A DNA stretch of 64,000 nt from contig CAWBOC010000005.1 of NCBI GenBank assembly GCA_963790305.1, positions 192,001 to 256,000 of the forward strand, given 5' to 3'. Each line of letters starts with the position of its first letter. Position 1 is the first letter of the stretch. The notes under the pieces are model-generated. The model saw nothing but the letters and a program-made list of their open reading frames with translations. It did no database searches and was not told the DNA's origin. Below are positions 58,257-64,000 of the stretch, one piece after another. A program made the position numbers and the translations under genes. Origin of the DNA: an uncultured Gemmatimonadaceae bacterium. Its GTDB lineage: Bacteria; Gemmatimonadota; Gemmatimonadetes; Gemmatimonadales; Gemmatimonadaceae.

Positions 58257-59808
58257 CTACACCCTGACCTTGATGCCACTCGTCGTAGCGCCGTTTCGAC
58301 GCTCGGCCGCGAGAAGCGACTCCAGGACCGCGTTGATCCCACTGCGCCGGATTCCTTCCAGATACTCCACGACGAGACGCACGAAACCCGGAACATGCGA
58401 CAGATCCGTTCCCCAGAGAGATGCGTCCACGCAGGCTGCACGGACGACAGACGCGTCGTCATCGCCCTGGGCGTTCCAAAGAGCGCGCACCTTCTCCCCT
58501 TGATCGTCCGGCGGCACCGTAGCGCCTGCCTCTCGAGGGTGGCGGGTCTCGCCGCGCAAAAAGAGCAGGTGGGCCGCGAAACCGAGAGAGAGAAGCGCTG
58601 GGGGCATGCCCTGTCCGAGTCGCGTGGCGCAGGATCGAGGGAATCACCCGCACCCGCATTTTCGTCGTTCCCTGGAGCGTGATGTCGAGAAGCGCGTGCC
58701 GAATGTGTGGATTGGCGAAGCGGTCGAGAACCTCGTGCGCGAAGGCGACCGCATCAGGAACGTCGAGTCCGGGTGCAATGTCCTCCAGCATCATGCGCCG
58801 GATGAACCGCCCTACCTGCACGTGGTTCATCGCGTCGAGAACGGTCTCGCATCCGGCGAGTAGTGCCACCGGCACCATAGCGGTGTGCGTGCCGTTGAGC
58901 AGTCGCACCTTTCGCTCGCGGTATGGCGCGATGTCGTCCGCGACCACGAGGCCGCGCATATCCGGCGCAAAGGGGAGCCGGGAGCGAGTCTCATCATCGC
59001 CCTCGATGGCGAACAGCCGGTAGCTCTCGCAGATCGTGAGCAGCGCGTCTCGATAGCCCAGCGTTTGGTGCAGCTCGGGAAGACGATCGGGTGGCGGCGT
59101 CCCCGGGACAATGCGATCCACGAGAGTATTGCAAAACGGCACCGCGGTCTCGATCCAATCGACGAACTTTGCGCCGAGGTTCCAGCGATCCGCGAGCGCG
59201 AGCACGATCGCGCACAACCGCTCCCCGTTCTCCTCGATGAGCTCGCAGGGAATGACCGTCAGTCCCTTCGTGGTGTCGTAGTCGAACGCACGGGCGCGCT
59301 CGTGCAGGAAACGGGTGAGCTTCCCAGGGAAGGAGCGCGGGGGAGTCGCGTCTCCCCGATCGCTCTCATCGAGAATGATGCCGACCTCCGTCGTGTTGGA
59401 GAATACGAGCTCGAGTGCGGGGTTGCGGGCGCACTCGAGGACGGCGTGCCACTCGTGAGGCGTGGAGAGCGCGCGACTCACCGATGCGATGATGCGCATC
59501 TCCTGGCGCGCAGCACCCCGCTCGATGCCCTGAATCGAGAGCGTATACAAGCCGTTCTGCTCGTTGAGCGTCTGTCCGCGGCCGCTCGACGTCGATGCGA
59601 TGGCGACGACGCGGCCGCCGAAACGACCTTGCCGGTTGGATTCATCGAGAAAGGCATCGACGAACCCGCGGAGAAACGCCCCGGTCCCGAATTGAACGGC
59701 CTTCTCGGGCAGGTCGAGAAGGGCCGGATCAGGCAAATCGACCACTGCGCGGCGCCGGAAGGCTGCGTCGCGCACCAGTGCCTCGTCGAGACGCGGAAGC
59801 GCCGTCAT
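58257..59808 (-). CDS. uxaB: Tagaturonate reductase (altronate oxidoreductase) family; frameshift near 58590
   Basis: PEKAVQFG.G.FLRGF.D, SNTTE.GI, SFPGKLT, PCELI, NTLVDRIVPG, KVRLLNG.H, RF.NP.I.H. C-terminal LWG.DL is in a shifted frame. Confidence 0.85.
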
Positions 59809-59817
59809 CCTGCAGCG

Positions 59818-61359
59818 TCAGTGGGTGACGTCGCCACGCCGCGAAGTGCTGTCGGAGGAAGCGATCGTGCTCGCGGGAGGTAGCGCGTCCAGCTTGTAGG
59901 CGCGACGCGGGAGGTCATAGGCGAGGGCGCGAGCCATGTCGCGCCCATCCTGCACATCAATCACGTGACGAGCGACGAGCCCGGCGAGCCAGTTCGCGTC
60001 GATGCGTCTCGCGAGGTCGTGCCGGGCCGGGATCGAACAGAAGGCCCGCGTGTCGTCGTTGAACCCGACGGTGTTGTAGATCCCCGCGGTTTCGGTGACG
60101 GATTCGCGGAACCGCCGCATCCCTTCGATCGAATCGTGAAACCACCATGGCGGTCCGAGCCGCACCGACGGGTAGTGCCCCGCGAGTGGCGCCAGCTCGC
60201 GAGCGTACGTCGACTCGTCCAGCGTGAACAGGATGAGAGTGAGCCGCGAGTCGCTTCCGTGCTCGTTGAGCAGGGCGTGGAGGTTCCGGGTGTACTCGGT
60301 CGCGACCGGGATGTCGCCGCCGACATCGGGGCCGAACCGCGTCGCCAGCGACGCATTGTGATCCCGCAGTGATCCCGGGTGGAGCTGCATGACCAGACCG
60401 TCGTCGATCGACATGCGAGCCATCTCGATGAGCATGTGCGCCTGGAAACGACGCTGATCCTCCTCCGTCGCGTCTCCCCGCAGGGCCCGCTGGAAGATCG
60501 CCTCGATCTGGTCGTCGGGGAGCAGCGCCGTGTAGGGCTCGACCACCGCGTGATCGGTGGATGTGGCGCCCATGGACTTGAAGAAGGATCGGCGCCGCTC
60601 GAGCGCTCGGCCGAAGGTATGTGAGTCCTGGATACTCGCACCATCAATGCGGGCGAGAGCGTCCACCTCGTCGCGCCACGCTGGACTGGCGATGCGAAGC
60701 ATCGCGTCGGGTCGAAAGCTGGGAAGGACGACTCCGCGCCATCGCGACGCGCGGAGCACACGGTGATGGTCCAGCGTATCGGTCGCGGCGTTGGTCGTCG
60801 TGAGCACCTCGATACCGAAGCGCTCGAACAGCGCCCTCGGGCGATACTCCGGAGACGTCAGTCGCTCCGTCAGCTCATCGTAGACGAACTGGGCGCTCTC
60901 CCCGTCGAGGCGGGTGTCGACGCCGAACACCACCGCCAGCTGGTAGTCGAGCCACGCCGCGGTGGGGGTGGCGCGAAACAGGAAGTATCGCTCGGCGAAC
61001 CGCTGCCACACGGTGCGTGGGTCCTGCTCGACCCGCGTGCCGTCCCGCGTCGGAATGCCTAACGCCTCCAGCGGCACGCCCTGCGAGTACAGCATGCGAA
61101 AGATGTAGTGGTCGGGCGTGATCAGCAGGGCGGTCGGTTCGGGGAACGCGCGATCGTCGGCGAGGAGAGCCGCGTCGACGTGACCGTGGGGACAGATCAG
61201 CGGAAGGTCTCGCGTCTCGTCGTGGAGGGTACGCGCGAGCCGCCGGACGGTTGGATCCGGGTCGAAGTAGCGGTCCTCGTGCAGGACGAGGGGGGCACGC
61301 GCGGCATGCGGCGCAGCGCGGGGCCCGTCCGATGTTACGCCCATCGGGATGTCAGCCAT
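59818..61359 (-). CDS. uxaC: Uronate (glucuronate) isomerase
   Basis: PHGHVD, PDHYIFRMLYSQG, QLHPG, GPPWWFHD, GFNDDTRAF.SIPARHD. Confidence 0.95.
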   Translation of the reverse strand: MADIPMGVTSDGPRAAPHAARAPLVLHEDRYFDPDPTVRRLARTLHDETRDLPLICPHGHVDAALLADDRAFPEPTALLITPDHYIFRMLYSQGVPLEALGIPTRDGTRVEQDPRTVWQRFAERYFLFRATPTAAWLDYQLAVVFGVDTRLDGESAQFVYDELTERLTSPEYRPRALFERFGIEVLTTTNAATDTLDHHRVLRASRWRGVVLPSFRPDAMLRIASPAWRDEVDALARIDGASIQDSHTFGRALERRRSFFKSMGATSTDHAVVEPYTALLPDDQIEAIFQRALRGDATEEDQRRFQAHMLIEMARMSIDDGLVMQLHPGSLRDHNASLATRFGPDVGGDIPVATEYTRNLHALLNEHGSDSRLTLILFTLDESTYARELAPLAGHYPSVRLGPPWWFHDSIEGMRRFRESVTETAGIYNTVGFNDDTRAFCSIPARHDLARRIDANWLAGLVARHVIDVQDGRDMARALAYDLPRRAYKLDALPPASTIASSDSTSRRGDVTH

Positions 61360-61441
61360 GTCAGCACGTCGCGTCGCTCGGTGCCCGCCTCGCGGCGCCA
61401 ACGTTCGCCGCGCCGCAAGTCGCATAGCTTACCCTACGACG

Positions 61442-61469
61442 ACGGCCCGGCGCAAACGCGCCGGGCCGT
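61442..61469. terminator. 12-bp stem hairpin downstream of the CHRD gene
   Basis: ACGGCCCGGCGC-AAAC-GCGCCGGGCCGT; no clear U-tract. Confidence 0.5.
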
Positions 61470-61492
61470 TGGTTCAACCAGGATAGAAAGCC

Positions 61493-62017
61493 CTAGGGCA
61501 AGAACCCCCGCGCAAAGCCACCGGGGAAGGCGTCCGAATGGAAATTGACGTAGAAGCTCGCCGGGTCGCGCAGCAGCTCGGCCAGCGCGGCATCGTGGCT
61601 GGTGAAGTGCGCGTTCGTGACGAAGATGCCCTGCTGGCGGAACTCGAGATGCTGGTCAGTGAGATTGAGGTCCGTCCCAACGGGGTTCGACAGCCACCAG
61701 ATCACCGGCCCTGTCGCGGCGCCCGGGTTCAGGTGGTGAATGTGGCCGAAGCGGACGCTCTCATCACCCTTGTTGTTGATGATGACCGTGGACTCGATGG
61801 TCCCATCGGCCAGGATCATGATCTGGGCGTGTCCTTTCGATTCCGAGGTCGAGGTGGGGACCTCGAGCTCCGAGCGCATCTGCGTGTTGAATACTATCGG
61901 GGGCGCTCCGTCACTCCCGACGGAGAGCGAAGCCGCGAAGCGCTCCGGTCCGGTCGAGGGCTGATCGGCGCACGCGGCTACAGCAACGACAGCCATAAGT
62001 GCCTGCCAATGTCGCAT
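61493..62017 (-). CDS. CHRD domain lipoprotein
   Basis: Lipobox VAAC; EVP, HIH, GPV, FYVNFHS..FPGG..RG.L. Confidence 0.87.
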   Translation of the reverse strand: MRHWQALMAVVAVAACADQPSTGPERFAASLSVGSDGAPPIVFNTQMRSELEVPTSTSESKGHAQIMILADGTIESTVIINNKGDESVRFGHIHHLNPGAATGPVIWWLSNPVGTDLNLTDQHLEFRQQGIFVTNAHFTSHDAALAELLRDPASFYVNFHSDAFPGGFARGFLP

Positions 62018-62261
62018 AGAACCTTCCTGGTCGAGGGGATCGGGAAGGGTCGTAGTCCCTCGTCGTCCCGAAAAGTGCGTTGCGGCGAACGTAGAGTTCG
62101 GTGGGGCGGACGGTCCGACCGGCACCGCCGGCGTTTTCGGGAGGCATTCGCCACAGAATTCAGGGATTCAGAACACCCGCGCGTACGACCTCCCGGTTAT
62201 TGTCTGAATTCTGATTTCGTATTCTGACATCTGACGTCTTTGCCGTTCTCCCAAAGCAAGA

Positions 62262-63219
62262 ATGGACAACCTCGCCCACACCCTGACTGGACTCGCGATC
62301 GCCGAGGCCGGCCTTCGCCGCAAGACGGCCCTCGGCGCCACGACGCTCGCGATCGCCGCCAACCTCCCGGACATCGACGCATTCATCTATTTCGTCGGCG
62401 ACGGCATCGACGCGCTCGCCTTTCGTCGCGGGTGGACGCACGGAATTCTCGCGATGCTCGTGCTCCCCGTGCTCCTCGCCGCACTCATGCGCGGGGCGAG
62501 CCGGCTTCGCAAACCGGCTGCTGACGCCCCCGCCACGAGCTGGCGATGGCTCATCGCGCTCTCGGCGATCGGGGTGTGGTCGCACCCGCTGCTGGATTTG
62601 CTCAACACGTACGGCGTGCGCCTCCTGATGCCGTTCTCGAATCGATGGTTCTACGGCGACACGCTGTTCATCATCGATCTCTGGCTCTGGCTTGCGCTTC
62701 TCGTCGGCATTCTGCTGTCGCGGAGGCGCACTTTGCGACTCACCGCCAACCCGGAACGTCCGGCTCAGACTGGCGATCGCGCTCGTTGGCGTGTACGTCG
62801 TGTGCATGGCCATATCCTCACGGGTGGGCCGCGGTATCGTCGACCAACAGGCGAGCGGGGAGCGCGCCGACCGCATCATGGTCTCTCCGATTCCAGTGAC
62901 ACCCTTTCGTCGCGTCGTGGTGCGCGATCTGGGCGATCGCTACGAGACCGGAGCGCTGGCGTTAGGCGGGGCGACGGCGTATCGACCAACGGGCCAGACA
63001 CCGACGGGACGCGACAGCGATCTGGCGGCGGCTGCCGCACGAACGCCCGACGGCGCCGCGTTCCTCTCGTGGTCCCGCTTTCCGCGGTTCGCCGCCGAGC
63101 CCTCGAGTGATGGGCTGTCGGTACGAATCAGCGACATGCGCTACGCGGATGTCCGCGGCCGTGGATGGGCATCGGTGGTAGTCCGTATCCCTGCCGAGGA
63201 CCGCCTAGGGGATCAGTGA
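62262..63219 (+). CDS. YdjM-like metal-dependent membrane hydrolase (frameshift near 62767)
   Basis: MDNLAHTL, NLPDID, RGWTH, SHPLLD..N.YG..LL.PF. The C-terminus (WSRFP, DMRY) is in a shifted frame. Confidence 0.85.
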
Positions 63220-63999
63220 TCGCTGGAAGGCACGATCCCAGACAGCGAGTGCCGGCTTGGGGCTCAGCTGCGTGTTCACGAGCCCGAGGTACGCGAACAG
63301 CGGAAGGATCGAGCCGGGTGGAACAGGATAGGAGGTAAGATCGAGATCCGTGAACGTGATCTGATAGACCCCTGCGAGATGCGCTTCGTCCGCCAACTGC
63401 CACTGCCTGGCGATCCATCGCGCCTGCTTGTCGGGCGAGGACGTTATCGCCGCGAGGGACCCCGACGTCCATCCACCTTCCATGATCATCATGGGGAGGT
63501 CGTGGTCTTCGCCCAGCCGAGCGTAGTAATTCAGCGGCACCTGTTCCGGCTCGGCGAAGCCAGCCAGGAAGGGATAGGACGAGAGACCCAGGCCGCGAAC
63601 GAAGGGGAAGTCCGCGAGATCCACCCCGATGCCGACGAACTGGTTCGTCCCCTGTAGACGGCCCCAGGCGACGTCGACCTGGACGGTGACCGACAACCTC
63701 GCTCGCGCGGCCGATCCGCCGAGCGCCTGTGCCGTTGCGTTCACCATGTCGCGCAGCGCGTCATAGGTCTCACGCGGCGCCGCAAGGCGAACGAGGTTCG
63801 TCTCCATCGCCAGCGCGAGGTCCGACGGCCGGAGGATGCTGTCCACCGCCATCACGTACTCGCGGTACACCTGCTGCACCTCGGGCTCTCGAATGGATCG
63901 GCCGAGCTCGACGAGCTCCGGCGCTTCGCGCTCGCGGGCGAGGCCGTCGGTCGCATCGACCATCGCGACCACCTCGAGCCCGCGGCCACGGTACGCCTG
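63205..63999 (-). CDS. Hypothetical protein, possibly glycoside hydrolase-like TIM barrel; 5'-partial
   Basis: Open to the window edge; ETN, GLSSYP, MEGGW, LGL...KPA...W resemble clan GH-A barrels. Confidence 0.55.
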   Translation of the reverse strand, partial: QAYRGRGLEVVAMVDATDGLAREREAPELVELGRSIREPEVQQVYREYVMAVDSILRPSDLALAMETNLVRLAAPRETYDALRDMVNATAQALGGSAARARLSVTVQVDVAWGRLQGTNQFVGIGVDLADFPFVRGLGLSSYPFLAGFAEPEQVPLNYYARLGEDHDLPMMIMEGGWTSGSLAAITSSPDKQARWIARQWQLADEAHLAGVYQITFTDLDLTSYPVPPGSILPLFAYLGLVNTQLSPKPALAVWDRAFQRSLIP

Positions 64000-64000
64000 C

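Overview
GC-rich (roughly two-thirds G+C by eye) bacterial chromosomal DNA. Gene content (a SusC/SusD pair in a GC-rich genome, many secreted hydrolases and small lipoproteins) suggests Gemmatimonadota; this is inference. About 55 CDS; no rRNA, tRNA, CRISPR array, transposase or integrase seen. Layout: (1) 1-6370 CPA2 antiporter, ArsR/SRPBCC pair, uncharacterised membrane protein plus VWA lipoprotein operon, DUF4126. (2) 6359-24172 peptide/D-amino-acid hydrolase cluster (CocE/NonD, GntR, alpha/beta hydrolase, serine hydrolase, M19, D-aminoacylase, APC permease, M20, M23, a double amidohydrolase, NRAMP-like transporter, hydroxy-acid oxidase). (3) 24173-35830 accessory island of short cassette-like genes with eroded integron attC-like sites. 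(4) 35849-46894 SusC/SusD locus with peptidase-like cargo, divergent from a GNAT plus N-succinylamino-acid racemase pair. (5) HipA-like kinase plus DUF3037. (6) arsR-arsM-arsN2-metallophosphoesterase. (7) hexuronate catabolism operon. The most unusual signals are a non-palindromic octamer CGTTAGGC/GCCTAACG repeated across the window in both orientations and three reading contexts using rare codons, a probable SusCD-fed D-amino-acid peptide scavenging system, and long intergenic hairpins built from short tandem repeats. About nine small frameshifting indels are most likely long-read assembly errors.
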